From Dehalococcoidia bacterium (GTDB taxonomy: Bacteria > Chloroflexota > Dehalococcoidia > Lucifugimonadales > UBA3495), in NCBI GenBank assembly GCA_030740155.1, contig JASLXV010000054.1:32001-96000 (forward strand): DNA of 64,000 bases, read 5' to 3'. The notes under the pieces were generated by a model. The model saw only the letters and a program-made list of their open reading frames with translations. It ran no database searches and was not told the DNA's origin. The stretch's first letter is position 1. The number at the start of each line of letters is the position of its first letter. Shown here in pieces: positions 20,347 to 32,015 of this stretch. The translations under genes and the position numbers were made by a program.

Positions 20347-20394
20347 CCCTCACCCTCGTTCCCTCTCCCGCGGGAGAGGGAACGAGGGTGAGGG
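20347..20394. repeat. Perfect 48-bp palindrome (CCCTCTCCC/GGGAGAGGG REP family)
   Basis: CCCTCACCCTCGTTCCCTCTCCCG is followed immediately by its exact reverse complement. Confidence 0.9.
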
Positions 20395-20758
20395 TTCAAT
20401 TTGCTCGCGGAGGCCAGCATCGTCCAGGATAATCAAAGGGCCTTCTGAACTACCACACCAAAGCTTGACGCAACATCCCGGCAAGTATATGCTCCCCGTT
20501 GGGATGTGGGCACCGTGTCGCGTCGACGCCGGGACCCACCAGCTACGAGGTTTGGACATACACTGGCCGGAGAAGCAGGGGGCGGGGATAGTGAGGTTGC
20601 CCGGGCTCGATTCACGGCCCCCCTTTCCGGCGAATCCTTCAGCGCGACCCGTTGACATGCCGCTCGTTGTCGCTCCACTTCCCAGGGCTCCCGTTCCGGT
20701 CAGGCAGCGGTTGGCTGCCGGCTCGACCGAATCGTTCATCATGGAGTGTGCGTAAGAT

Positions 20759-22789
20759 ATGGTGCCTCCCGGAGATATCGGTGCGCTGCCCATCTGGGTA
20801 GGAGTCTACCTGGCGCTGGCCGTGGCCATGACGGTTTCCGGCTACGCCTTCTACAATCGGGTGGTACGCCTCATCCGCCAGGGCAAACCCGAGGCTCGCT
20901 TCGACCACCCGGTCCAGCGGCTTATGGGCGCGCTTGTCATCGTCCTCGGACAGCGCAAAGTCCTCCAACGGGTCCCGGCAGGGGACTGGGCCGGCATCGG
21001 CCACGCCACCATCTTTTGGGGCTTTCTCACCCTCCTGTTCAGCTATGGTATATTCATATTCGCCGCCTCGGCCTGGAGGCATCTTCCGGAGAAACTGTTC
21101 ACCGAGACCGGCGTCCGGGTTTATGCCACCTATCTGGACATCCTGGCGGTGGTCTTGCTGGTTATGCTGTCCTGGGCGCTGATCCGGCGGTGGGCGGTCA
21201 AGCCCCACCGGCTCAGCTTCGACCTGACCCGTAACTCCGATGCGCTGATCACCGTGGGCCTCATCGCCGGACTCATGATTACCGCCATCCTTACCCACTC
21301 CTTCTACGTGGCCGAGGGCGGGACCGGCCCGGAAGCCGACGTGATCATCGGCGGCCTGCTGGGCGACTGGTTCACCAACCTGGGGCTGGGGGTAGGCGCA
21401 GCCAACATCCTCCAGGCCGTGTTCTGGTGGAGCCACCTGGCCCTGATCCTGGGCTTCTCCATGTACATCCCCTTCTCCAAGCACATGCACATGTTCGCGG
21501 CACCCGCGAATGCCTTCTTCCGCTCCCTGGAACCCCGGGGCACGCTGCCCACCATCGACCTGGAGAATACGGAGCGGTTCGGCGCCGGACGCGTTCAGGA
21601 CTTCACCTGGAAACAGCTCCTCGACGGCTACGCCTGCGCGGTCTGCGGCCGGTGTTCCGACGCCTGCCCGGCCAACCAGACCGGGAAACTTCTCTCGCCA
21701 ATGCACATCGTGGAGGGCCTGAAAGAACACATGGTGAGCATCGGCCACCAGGGGCCTCGCAACCCGGAGCACGTCGAGCCGGCTCCTCTCATCGGCCACG
21801 CCATCTCCGAGCAGGCCATCTGGGACTGCGTTTCCTGCGGCGCGTGCATGGAGGAATGCCCCGTGGTCGTGGAGCATATCCCCACCATCGTGGACCTGCG
21901 CCGCAACCTGGTGCTGGAGGAGTCCAAGGTGCCGGAAACCGCCATGAACGCCCTGCTCAGCTTGGAGCAGCGAGGCCATCCCTGGCGGGGCACCCAATTC
22001 TCCCGCACCGACTGGGCCGAGGGCCTGGGAGTGCCCACGCTGGCGGAAAAGCCCGATGCCGAGATCCTATTCTGGGTCGGCTGCACTGGCGCTCTGGAGC
22101 AGCGCAGCCAGGGCGTGGCCCGGTCCATGGCCAAGGTGCTGAAACGCGCCGGAGTGGACTTCGCCATTCTGGGGGACGAAGAAACCTGCACCGGCGACCC
22201 GGCCCGGCGCCTGGGAAACGAATACCTGTTTCAAACCTTGGCCCAGCAAAATATCGAGACCCTGACCCGGTACGGTGTGAAGAAGGTCGTGACCATCTGT
22301 CCCCACTGCTTCAACACCATGCGCAACGAATACCCCCAGTTTGGCGGCAACTTCGAGGTTCTGCACTACAGCCAGCTCATCGACGAGCTGATCCAGCAGG
22401 GGCGGGTCAAGCCGGTCAAGACCGTCAACACCACCATGGCCTACCACGATTCCTGCTTCCTGGGCCGCCACAACGGCGTCTACGATCAGCCGCGCAAGAT
22501 CGCCAAAGCCATTCCCGGTTTGACCCTGATCGAGATGTCGCCGCGCTGCCGGGAACGGGGCTTCTGCTGCGGCGCGGGCGGCGGCCACATGTGGCTCGAA
22601 GAGAGCCAGGGCCCCCGCATCAATCACGTCAGGACCGACCACTTCCTGGAGACCCAGGCGGATACTATCGGAGTCTCCTGCCCCTACTGCCTCCAGATGT
22701 TGACCGAAGGCATCCAGGCCAAGGGTCTGGAGAACGAGAAACAGTCCCGGGACGTTCTCGAAATCCTGTCCGAAAGCCTCGGGGAGTAG
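20759..22789 (+). CDS. Membrane-anchored (Fe-S)/CCG oxidoreductase (FadF / HdrE-HdrD-like)
   Basis: N-terminal TM helices with PFSKHMH; CAVCGRCSDACP and CVSCGACMEECP; C-terminal CCG domains. Confidence 0.92.
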   Translation: MVPPGDIGALPIWVGVYLALAVAMTVSGYAFYNRVVRLIRQGKPEARFDHPVQRLMGALVIVLGQRKVLQRVPAGDWAGIGHATIFWGFLTLLFSYGIFIFAASAWRHLPEKLFTETGVRVYATYLDILAVVLLVMLSWALIRRWAVKPHRLSFDLTRNSDALITVGLIAGLMITAILTHSFYVAEGGTGPEADVIIGGLLGDWFTNLGLGVGAANILQAVFWWSHLALILGFSMYIPFSKHMHMFAAPANAFFRSLEPRGTLPTIDLENTERFGAGRVQDFTWKQLLDGYACAVCGRCSDACPANQTGKLLSPMHIVEGLKEHMVSIGHQGPRNPEHVEPAPLIGHAISEQAIWDCVSCGACMEECPVVVEHIPTIVDLRRNLVLEESKVPETAMNALLSLEQRGHPWRGTQFSRTDWAEGLGVPTLAEKPDAEILFWVGCTGALEQRSQGVARSMAKVLKRAGVDFAILGDEETCTGDPARRLGNEYLFQTLAQQNIETLTRYGVKKVVTICPHCFNTMRNEYPQFGGNFEVLHYSQLIDELIQQGRVKPVKTVNTTMAYHDSCFLGRHNGVYDQPRKIAKAIPGLTLIEMSPRCRERGFCCGAGGGHMWLEESQGPRINHVRTDHFLETQADTIGVSCPYCLQMLTEGIQAKGLENEKQSRDVLEILSESLGE

Positions 22790-23119
22790 CCCGCCGCGGG
22801 CTCCCGAAGGCCTTGTCACCATACATTCCAGTCTCCGCGGTAGCTCGGAAGGGCTGGGGCATGGGCCGAAAGCATTTCGCCTGAACCAGGCGGTGGGACG
22901 GGTGCCGGACGAGGTGATCGGCCCGGCCGGTTCGCCCGTCTACAGGAGCCCACCAATCAAAAGACAAGAACCTTTGCGCCCCATCCCCGGTTCGCGGAAG
23001 GATTGGGCGCCGCCCCCCTTGCGCCAGGGGAGAGAGATTGTGGATGATGCATAGGCGAATGAATAACCCGGCCACCATGCCGGAAGTGGCACAGAACCGG
23101 ATATCAAGGAAGGTGCTCC

Positions 23120-23374
23120 ATGCCGGGCGATGAGGTAACCGTCGTCCAACTGTGCGGAAAGTGCGGCTCTGAGACAGGCACTTTCGCGATCAAGAAGGAC
23201 AACCTGATGCTCACCTCCCGTGAGCAAATCTGGTGTCCCAAATGCGAGGAAGACACTCCCGAGGTTCGGGATATCGCCGGGCGCGCCGCGTCCATCCGGA
23301 CCGAAGTGGAAAGCTATCCCAAGGCCGTGCCGGCCCAGCGGCGCCCGGAAGTACCGGAAGCCCCTGATAGGTGA
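23120..23374 (+). CDS. Small zinc-ribbon-like hypothetical protein
   Basis: CGKC...WCPKC; AAGGAAGG RBS. Confidence 0.7.
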   Translation: MPGDEVTVVQLCGKCGSETGTFAIKKDNLMLTSREQIWCPKCEEDTPEVRDIAGRAASIRTEVESYPKAVPAQRRPEVPEAPDR

Positions 23375-23507
23375 TCCCGGGTCTGTTACCGCTCTCCCCA
23401 ACCGGTCCATCCCTCTGAGGTAGGAAATGCGGCCCGGCTCGGAGTCGCTGGAAGCTCCAGAGACGCCGGCCGCTCTCCAATACTCTCGATCTGGCTGGAG
23501 CTAACCG

Positions 23508-24449
23508 GTGAGGTATTGGCCCGGCGGCGAAAGCTCGGAGCCCAGGCCGTTCCTGGACCCATCGGGCGCGACCCGGACACAGGCCGCAAACCCTCGCCGG
23601 ACACGCCGCAGCCCGGTCATGGTTGTCGCCGCGGCCATTCTTGTCCTGGTGGTGCTGGCAGTGACGCTGTGGACACAACTGGAGCGGCGGTTCATCTTCT
23701 TCCCGTCCTCCGACATCGTCTCCACACCGGACGATGTGGGACTTGCCTACGAGGACGTGTTCTTCACCACCAGCGACGGTTTCCGGTTGCACGCCTGGTT
23801 CGTACCCGGCACGACAGACATCACCCTGCTGTGGTTTCACGGAAACGGGGGGAACATCAGCCATCGGACCGATGATCTGGCGATGTTCCATCACCGGCTC
23901 GGGATGAACCTGATGATTATCGACTACCGCGGCTACGGCAGGAGCGATGGGAAACCATCGGAGCAAGGCACCTACCGGGACGCCCGGGCGGCCCTGCGCT
24001 ACCTTGAGGGAATGCCCGGCGTATCACCGGAGAGGATCGTCTACTTCGGGCGCTCCCTGGGGGCCGCGGTGGCGGTGGAGTTGGCCGTCGACCACCCCCC
24101 ACTGGCGCTGGTCCTGGTCTCTCCCTTCGCCTCAATCGGCGACATGGCCCGCATCGCCTTCCCCCGATTGCCGGTCGGCTGGCTGGTCCGGAACAAGTAC
24201 AACTCCCTGGCCCGCGTGGCCAAAGTCCAACGCCCCCTGCTCATCCTCCACGGAGACCGGGACGAAACGGTGCCCATTTCCCAGGGGGAGAAGCTCTTCG
24301 CGGCGGCGAACCCGCCCAAGCGGTTTCAGGTCCTGCTTGGGACGGGGCACAACGACTCCCTCGCCGGCGGCGAGACAGACCATTGGGAGGTGCTGGAGGA
24401 GTTCTTGGCCGAATTGACGGCCGGTGAAGCCGGTGCCGAAACCGATTGA
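23508..24449 (+). CDS. Alpha/beta hydrolase (ABHD13/Bem46-like); start may be 23619
   Basis: FHGNGGN, DYRGYGRS, GRSLG nucleophile, HGDRDE and GHND motifs. Confidence 0.9.
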   Translation: MRYWPGGESSEPRPFLDPSGATRTQAANPRRTRRSPVMVVAAAILVLVVLAVTLWTQLERRFIFFPSSDIVSTPDDVGLAYEDVFFTTSDGFRLHAWFVPGTTDITLLWFHGNGGNISHRTDDLAMFHHRLGMNLMIIDYRGYGRSDGKPSEQGTYRDARAALRYLEGMPGVSPERIVYFGRSLGAAVAVELAVDHPPLALVLVSPFASIGDMARIAFPRLPVGWLVRNKYNSLARVAKVQRPLLILHGDRDETVPISQGEKLFAAANPPKRFQVLLGTGHNDSLAGGETDHWEVLEEFLAELTAGEAGAETD

Positions 24450-24506
24450 CATCCCCGGTCCGGCTCAATATCATCCTCCCCTTTCGACATCGGCTGGGGA
24501 TGCACC

Positions 24507-24770
24507 TTGGCAACCACGAAAAAGCTGGAGTTGGAAATCCTTTACTGTCAGGATTGAGGCCACGCCCCACGCGCCGCCTGGATGGCGGGAGAAGCCTTGA
24601 GCCGCGCTGATGGGCATATCGCCAGCTTCAAGCTGACCCCCGGGCCCCACGGCAAGTTCGACGTAGTTGTCGATGGCCAGGTGATAGCCGAGCACCGCCA
24701 CGAGCCCAACGCCCACATCTTTCCCGACCTTCAAGACCTGATGAAGGTGATCAACACCCGCGTCGGCTGA
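24507..24770 (+). CDS. Rdx (SelW/SelT/SelH) family selenoprotein, CxxU (TGA at 24555-24557)
   Basis: TTG start after GGGGA gives MATTKKLELEILYCQD-U-GHAPRAAWMAGE...LTPGPHGKFDVVVDG...FP, an Rdx-family pattern; 87 aa. Confidence 0.88.
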
Positions 24771-24884
24771 CTAGCCGGGCGCCGTGGAAGCCACCGGGTG
24801 CCGCCGGAGTCAACTTTCACTGCCTCCGGACGCACCCCGTAGCGCGGCGGCTAACCGCAGCGCCCAATACCGGCGAGCCGGAGG

Positions 24885-25079
24885 CTAGACCTTCTCGGCG
24901 TAGTCCAGGTTGTGCAGGTATTTGTTTCCCTCCCCTTCGCCCTCCACGATCACCACTTCATGCACGAAGTCGTCGTTGGCTTCCAGTGTCTGGGTGACCC
25001 CCGTGGTCTCGACCACCAGGCCGCCCCGGGTCTTGAACCGCAACCCGGATTCGATGCTTTCCTGCTTCGCGTAGCTCAA
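24885..25079 (-). CDS. Small hypothetical protein
   Basis: TTG start after GGAGGGGAG; 64 aa with host-like codon usage. Confidence 0.7.
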   Translation of the reverse strand: MSYAKQESIESGLRFKTRGGLVVETTGVTQTLEANDDFVHEVVIVEGEGEGNKYLHNLDYAEKV

Positions 25080-25421
25080 TGAACTCCCCTCCCCTTCGGA
25101 TAGTTTTCTGACTGGGCATCCTATAAGCGAACTTGATCTATTTTTCCCGCCCTCAGCCCAGATCGGCATCTCAAGGGCGTGGGAAAACCCGGCGCCAGAA
25201 GTCTACAAACCCTGGTGGCCGGAGTCAAGCTTTTTGCGGGTAGCCCATCGCGTGGAACGGAACTCCTTGAAGGCGTTCCATCGTCGGCCGCACCGGCGGC
25301 AGAACTCTCCTTCTGGCACTTGACGTTGGCCGTTGCGGTATATCCCGCCGGCCTGGGCATGCCGTGCTCTCCCCTGTAGCGTCCATTGCCGGCGAGCCAG
25401 AGTACTTCCCGAGGCGAACCT

Positions 25422-25715
25422 CTACACGCCCGAGATTATCTCCGTTTCGTAATCCAGCAACACCAGGTCATCCCGGCTCCGCTCAACGAAAGAGACCACG
25501 TGAGAAAGGATTTCATGGGCGTGAGCGGAATCGTTGGTGACGCAGCATACTCCCAGCGTCAGCCGTTGCCACAGGTCATTATCGGCCACCTCCGCCACGG
25601 CCACGTTAAATTGGTTCCTGATCCGCGCCGTCAAGGAGCGGGCCACCTGTCGTTTGGCCTTCAAGCTGTTGGCATCCGGCAAATGCAGCATCAGCCGGCA
25701 CACCCCAATATGCAA
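25422..25715 (-). CDS. DUF503 (YlxP) family protein
   Basis: SLKAKR, FNVAVAEV and DLWQR motifs. TTG start after GGAGG. Confidence 0.9.
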   Translation of the reverse strand: MHIGVCRLMLHLPDANSLKAKRQVARSLTARIRNQFNVAVAEVADNDLWQRLTLGVCCVTNDSAHAHEILSHVVSFVERSRDDLVLLDYETEIISGV

Positions 25716-25770
25716 TTCCAGCCTCCGGAGGCGTTTCATTCCGTCAGATTGACACGCAGATTGACACGGG

Positions 25771-25792
25771 ATTTGTGCCAATCTTCACAAAT
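25771..25792. promoter_or_regulatory. Rex operator (TTGTG-N8-CACAA) upstream of rex
   Basis: ATTTGTGCCAATCTTCACAAAT lies immediately before TTGACT (25796) ... TAGATT (25820). Confidence 0.75.
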
Positions 25793-25960
25793 ACCTTGAC
25801 TCGATCCAAATCCTCATTATAGATTATAGACGGATTAAACCTGAGTTGGGTCCATCAATTGAAACCCGGTTGGTTTTCGCTCACCGCCGTTCAGCCAGGC
25901 CGCGCGGGCCGGATTGCCGGTTTGCCGGCTTGAACGAGGTGTGAAGGAGCACATATTGCC

Positions 25961-26623
25961 ATGGCGGGTAAGCCTGAACCGCAGCGGCAGCCCAGGCCTG
26001 AGGTTCCAGAGGTGGTGGTCACGCGGCTGCCACAGTACGTCCGCATCCTCGGACGCCTGGAACAGGAGGGCTCCGAGGTAGTCAGCTCCCAGCAACTGGG
26101 GGAAAAGCTTCAGGTAACCCCCGCTCAGATACGGAAAGACCTCAGCTATTTCGGCCGGTTCGGCAAGCAGGGCCGGGGTTACAGCGTCCGCCATCTGCTG
26201 GACCGGTTACGGGAGATCCTGGGCCTCGATATCCACTGGGACGTGGCGGTGGTGGGCGTGGGCCGCCTGGGAAGGGCCATCATCAGCTATCCCGGTTTCA
26301 CCCCCGACGGGTTCCGTCTGATCGCCGCTTTCGATGCCAACCCGGAAGTCGTGGGCCGGAAGGTGGGCGGCCTGACCGTGGAATCCATGGAGAAACTGGA
26401 AGAGCAGTTCAGGATCAAACAAATCAGCATAGCGATCGTGGCGGTCCCCGTCAGCCACACTCAAGAGGTGGTTGACCTCCTGATAGAGTGCGGTGTCCGG
26501 GCTATCGTGAACTACACGCCGACATCGCCCCAGGTCAGCAAAGGGGTGAAGATACGGAATATCGACCCGGTGCTCTCACTCCAATCGATGACCTACTACC
26601 TGACCGATCCCGAGCCTCGATAG
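25961..26623 (+). CDS. rex: Redox-sensing transcriptional repressor Rex
   Basis: RLPQY, QIRKDLSYFGRFGKQGRGY and VGVGRLGRA motifs. Confidence 0.97.
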   Translation: MAGKPEPQRQPRPEVPEVVVTRLPQYVRILGRLEQEGSEVVSSQQLGEKLQVTPAQIRKDLSYFGRFGKQGRGYSVRHLLDRLREILGLDIHWDVAVVGVGRLGRAIISYPGFTPDGFRLIAAFDANPEVVGRKVGGLTVESMEKLEEQFRIKQISIAIVAVPVSHTQEVVDLLIECGVRAIVNYTPTSPQVSKGVKIRNIDPVLSLQSMTYYLTDPEPR

Positions 26624-26703
26624 TCCGGTACCGGCGCCCCGTACATCCAGCAGGGGGCGCCTCGCCTTCGAGGGCCGGGCAACCCGGCCCGCCGGTTTAG
26701 CCT

Positions 26704-27162
26704 TTATCCGGAAGCGCTTGGGCCGGAGTCCGCCGCACCCGGCGAGATGCCGCTCCGGACCCGCCGCCGGCGGACCACGTTCAAACGAATCTGGGCCCGC
26801 CGGATGGCCATTACCGCGCGCTCCATCTGCAGGTCCTCTGCCTGGTGGGCCAGGCGCTCTTTGGCCCGTTCCACCGCCGTCTGGGCCCGGGCTTCGTCAA
26901 TCTCGTCGGCCCGCTCGCAGGCATCGGCCAGGATGGTCACCTTGTTGCCGATGACCTCCATGAAGCCCCCAGTAACGGCCAGGAAAGTACCCTGTCCATC
27001 TATGCGAATCGCCACTTCCCCGGGTTGTAGAATGGTCATCAGAGGGGCGTGGTGAGGCAAAATTCCCAGTTCACCATCAATTCCGGGGGCGACCACCATC
27101 TCCACATCGTCACCGAAGACTTGCCGCTCCGCGGTGATGATCTCCAACTGCATCGTTGCCAT
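26704..27162 (-). CDS. atpC: ATP synthase F1 epsilon subunit
   Basis: GELGILPHHAPL motif; operon position. Confidence 0.96.
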   Translation of the reverse strand: MATMQLEIITAERQVFGDDVEMVVAPGIDGELGILPHHAPLMTILQPGEVAIRIDGQGTFLAVTGGFMEVIGNKVTILADACERADEIDEARAQTAVERAKERLAHQAEDLQMERAVMAIRRAQIRLNVVRRRRVRSGISPGAADSGPSASG

Positions 27163-27173
27163 GGCGCAGCCCC

Positions 27174-28583
<1,410 letters not shown>

Positions 28584-28595
28584 TTACTGTTCCCT

Positions 28596-29459
28596 CTAGC
28601 CCTCGAGGGCTATCATCCCGCCAACTAGGTCCAGAAGCTCATTGGTGATGCTGTCCTGGCGCAGCTTGTTCATGACCAGGGTCAGGTCGTCGACCAACCC
28701 GTTAGCGTTGTCCGTGGCGGCGCGCATGGCCACCATCCGGGCCGACTGCTCGCTGGCGATGGACTCCAGCAGGGCGTGATACACCTCCATCTCCACGAAC
28801 CGCGGCAGCAGGTTCCCCAAGACCGTGATGGGATTGGGCTCGTAGATGTAGCCCACCCGTTCCGGCGCGGTGAGGGCTGCCGGTGTCACCGGCAGCAGCT
28901 TCTCCACCACGGGCACCTGGGACAGGGTGGACACGTACTTGGTGTAGGCCAAGTACACCTCATCCACCTCCCCTTCCGTGTACGCGTCGATCACCAGGTG
29001 GGAGACGGCCATGGTATCGGCCTGAGCCGGACTTTCTCCCATGTCGGTGAATACCGCCTTCAAGTCTTGCGAAGTGCGGACCATGAAATCGCGCGCCTTT
29101 CGCCCAACCACGATCACCCGGCAGGGCGCGGCCTGCTCCAACACGAACTGGCCCACTCTGCGATTGAGGTTGGAAACCAGGCCGCCGCAGAGACCTCGGT
29201 CCGGGCTGATCGCCAGGACCCCGATCCGCTGCACCGGCCTTTCGCGAAGCAGAGCGTGGGGCCCTCCGCCTTCCTCGCTGGGCTGGGCCGCCAGGTGGGA
29301 GATGATCTCCTGGATCTTCTCTGCGTAGGGACGGCCCTGAGTGACCGCCATCTGCGCCCGGCGCATCTTGGACGCGGCGATCAACGACATGGCGTTGGTC
29401 ACCTTGCCCGTGTTTTGCACGCTTCGTATGCGGCGGCGCAAGTCTCTTACATTGGCCAC
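28596..29459 (-). CDS. atpG: ATP synthase F1 gamma subunit
   Basis: DRGLCG, SEQSARMVAM and RQDSITNEL motifs; GTG start. Confidence 0.97.
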   Translation of the reverse strand: MANVRDLRRRIRSVQNTGKVTNAMSLIAASKMRRAQMAVTQGRPYAEKIQEIISHLAAQPSEEGGGPHALLRERPVQRIGVLAISPDRGLCGGLVSNLNRRVGQFVLEQAAPCRVIVVGRKARDFMVRTSQDLKAVFTDMGESPAQADTMAVSHLVIDAYTEGEVDEVYLAYTKYVSTLSQVPVVEKLLPVTPAALTAPERVGYIYEPNPITVLGNLLPRFVEMEVYHALLESIASEQSARMVAMRAATDNANGLVDDLTLVMNKLRQDSITNELLDLVGGMIALEG

Positions 29460-29748
29460 GTGGTCATTCCCTTTTTCAACATCCCCAGAGGGGGCCGGTC
29501 TTCCACATCAGCGAGGGGCCATCGCCAGACCTGCTGGCAAGTTTCATTCCTCGTGGCGGGCCGGTCCCCACCGACTGCGGACAATTGCTTCGAATCTAGT
29601 GCCCCTGATGCACCCCCCTACTACGAAGGGGGTCGAGCTTCCGGTCAGGACCAGAGTCCCCGGCCTACAGTTTCACCATCCTCCCCTGCGTCTGGGGAGC
29701 GACCGTTGCGCCGGCGTAACGACAGTTGTCGCAATCGTCAGGAGGGGC

Positions 29749-31260
29749 CTAGGCGGTGAAGGTGGCCTTGAAATCGGTGATGGCCTTGGTCAGCTCGGCC
29801 TCGACCTCCGTCGTCAGGTCCCCGGTTTCACCGATGCTCTTCATCAGGTCCGGATTGGCGCTGGTCACCTGGCGAAGCAACCCGTCTTCAAAAGCGCCGC
29901 ACTGGTCCAGGGGCAACCCTTCGAGGAGACCCTCGTTGACCGCGTACAGGATGACCACCTCTTCCGCGAGGGACAAGGGCCGGTATTGGGGTTGCTTCAA
30001 TACCTCGGTGGCCAGCTGGCCCCGGGTCAGTTGGGCCCTGGTGGCCGCGTCCAGATCAGAGGTGCCGAACTGGGCAAAGGTGGCCAGTTCCCGGTACTGG
30101 GCGAGGTCCAGCCGGAGCCGCCCCGCCACGCGGCGGATGGCCCGGCTCTGAGCGGCGCCGCCGACGCGGGAAACGGAAAGGCCGACGTTGACCGCCGGAC
30201 GGATCCCGCTGTTGAACAACTCCGGCTCCAGGTAGATCTGGCCGTCGGTAATGGAGATAACGTTGGTCGGAATGTAAGCCGAGACGTCTCCCGCCTGAGT
30301 TTCTATGATGGGAAGCGCCGTAATGGAGCCGCCGCCCAATTCATCGCTCAGCTTGGCTGACCGCTCCAGCAGGCGGCTGTGCAGGTAGAAGATGTCTCCG
30401 GGGTAAGCCTCCCGCCCGGCGGGCCGGCGCAGCAAGAGGGACATCTGCCGGTAGGCCCAGGCGTGCTTCGTCAGGTCGTCATAGACGATCAAGACATCCT
30501 TGCCCTGGCCCATGAACTCCTCGGCCATCGAGCACCCCGCATAGGGGGCAATATACTGTAAGGGCGCGGATTCCGAAGCCCCGGCGTTGACCACGATGGT
30601 GTGGGCCATGGCCCCGTTTTCTTCCAGTATGCCCACCACCTGGGCCACCTTGCCCTGTTTCTGGCCGATGGCCACGTAGATGCAGACCAGGTCGCCGCCT
30701 TTCTGATTGATGATCGTGTCCAGCGCGATGGCGGTCTTGCCGGTGGTCCGGTCGCCGATGATCAGCTCCCGCTGTCCCCGGCCGATGGGTATCATGGCGT
30801 CCACGGCCTTGATGCCCGTCTGTACCGGGGTATCCACCGATTTGCGGGCCACCACGTTGGGAGCGGTCCGTTCCACCGGCTGGGTGCCAGTGCTGGCGAT
30901 AGGACCCTTGCCGTCCAGGGGCCGCCCGAGGGGATCGACAACGCGGCCGATCAGCGCATCGCCCACCGGCACTTCGATGATCCTGCCGGTGGACCGCACG
31001 CGGTCGCCTTCCTTCACCGAGTTGGGATCGCCCAAGATGGCGGCCCCTACCAGGTCTGCTTCCAGGTTCAGCGCCAACCCCAGGACATCGTTGCCAAAGT
31101 CCAACAGCTCGTTGGCGCGGGCGCCTCGCAGGCCCTGGATACTGGCAATACCGTCGCCTACTCCCACCACCGTTCCCACGTCCACCAGGGTCAGGTCGCC
31201 GCCGAACTCCTCAATCTGCCGCTTGATCAGAGATACAATTTCCTGTCCCCTAGTCGCCAT
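29749..31260 (-). CDS. atpA: ATP synthase F1 alpha subunit
   Basis: GDRTTGKT and [19 protein letters not shown] motifs. Confidence 0.98.
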   Translation of the reverse strand: MATRGQEIVSLIKRQIEEFGGDLTLVDVGTVVGVGDGIASIQGLRGARANELLDFGNDVLGLALNLEADLVGAAILGDPNSVKEGDRVRSTGRIIEVPVGDALIGRVVDPLGRPLDGKGPIASTGTQPVERTAPNVVARKSVDTPVQTGIKAVDAMIPIGRGQRELIIGDRTTGKTAIALDTIINQKGGDLVCIYVAIGQKQGKVAQVVGILEENGAMAHTIVVNAGASESAPLQYIAPYAGCSMAEEFMGQGKDVLIVYDDLTKHAWAYRQMSLLLRRPAGREAYPGDIFYLHSRLLERSAKLSDELGGGSITALPIIETQAGDVSAYIPTNVISITDGQIYLEPELFNSGIRPAVNVGLSVSRVGGAAQSRAIRRVAGRLRLDLAQYRELATFAQFGTSDLDAATRAQLTRGQLATEVLKQPQYRPLSLAEEVVILYAVNEGLLEGLPLDQCGAFEDGLLRQVTSANPDLMKSIGETGDLTTEVEAELTKAITDFKATFTA

Positions 31261-31456
31261 TGGCGCCGCTCCTTCGTAACCCCTTAAAGCGTGTTATCTG
31301 CCCGCCAGTCCCGGCTCGCCAGGTCCAGCTCCGTCTTGTTATTCATTAAAAAAGCCAGGTCTTCCCGCCAAAGTTGAAAGGCCGTTCGCCTCTTCGGCGG
31401 CTCCGGCCTGGCCGGAAGGCCTTAACTCGACCCTGTTTTCGCCTTTCGCCTGGCTC

Positions 31457-32008
31457 TCAGGCCCCCGTGGTCATAACCTCTGAGTGCAATCGGCCGCGCA
31501 AAGAGTCCAGCTGGGACCGGGTGCTGCCGTCCAACAACTGGTCCCCAATTTGGATAACCAGACCGCCCAGGATGGCTTCATCCACCTGAGTGGAGACCAC
31601 GACCTCTTTCCCGGCCAGCTTGGAGACGAATTGGGTAATCTGCTCCAATTCCTGCTGGTCCAGAGGCACGGCCGAAATCACCTGAACTCGCTGCCGGCCC
31701 AGGTGCTCATCCAGGAGAACCCCATACGACTCCCGAACCTCGGGGACCAAATCCACCAGGCCCTTTGCAACCAGAAGGTCGACCAGGTTGCGGATCAGCG
31801 GGTGGACCTCCGGCAGCACTTGACCGATGGCATTAAATTTGCTCTCAACGGGAACGTCCGCGTGCTTCAGGAAAGCCATGAAGTCCTCGTTCCCAACGGC
31901 CTGATCGACGGCCTCCAGATCGCTGGCCCACAGGTCCAGATGGCCGCCTTCCTTCGCCAGCTCGAACATCGCCTGGGCGTACCGCTTTCCCGAGATTTTT
32001 CGCGGCAT
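31457..32008 (-). CDS. atpH: ATP synthase F1 delta subunit
   Basis: RYAQA and ILGGLVIQIGDQLLDGS motifs. Confidence 0.95.
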   Translation of the reverse strand: MPRKISGKRYAQAMFELAKEGGHLDLWASDLEAVDQAVGNEDFMAFLKHADVPVESKFNAIGQVLPEVHPLIRNLVDLLVAKGLVDLVPEVRESYGVLLDEHLGRQRVQVISAVPLDQQELEQITQFVSKLAGKEVVVSTQVDEAILGGLVIQIGDQLLDGSTRSQLDSLRGRLHSEVMTTGA

Positions 32009-32015
32009 CGGCTAC

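Noticed and set aside
21427..22884. 485-aa alternative-frame ORF, and other long overlapping or antisense ORFs (for example 20639..21997, 59502..60782, 51981..53234)
   Set aside because: Shadow ORFs of well-supported genes in high-GC DNA, with no recognisable motifs.
17827..24557. UGA reassignment to Trp or Gly (alternative genetic code)
   Set aside because: Many genes here end normally at TGA and Trp is encoded by TGG. The two readthrough cases fall only at Cys-type redox motifs.
25121..25420. Short ORFs between the small hypothetical gene and DUF503
   Set aside because: No RBS, no motifs and atypical codon usage; treated as intergenic.
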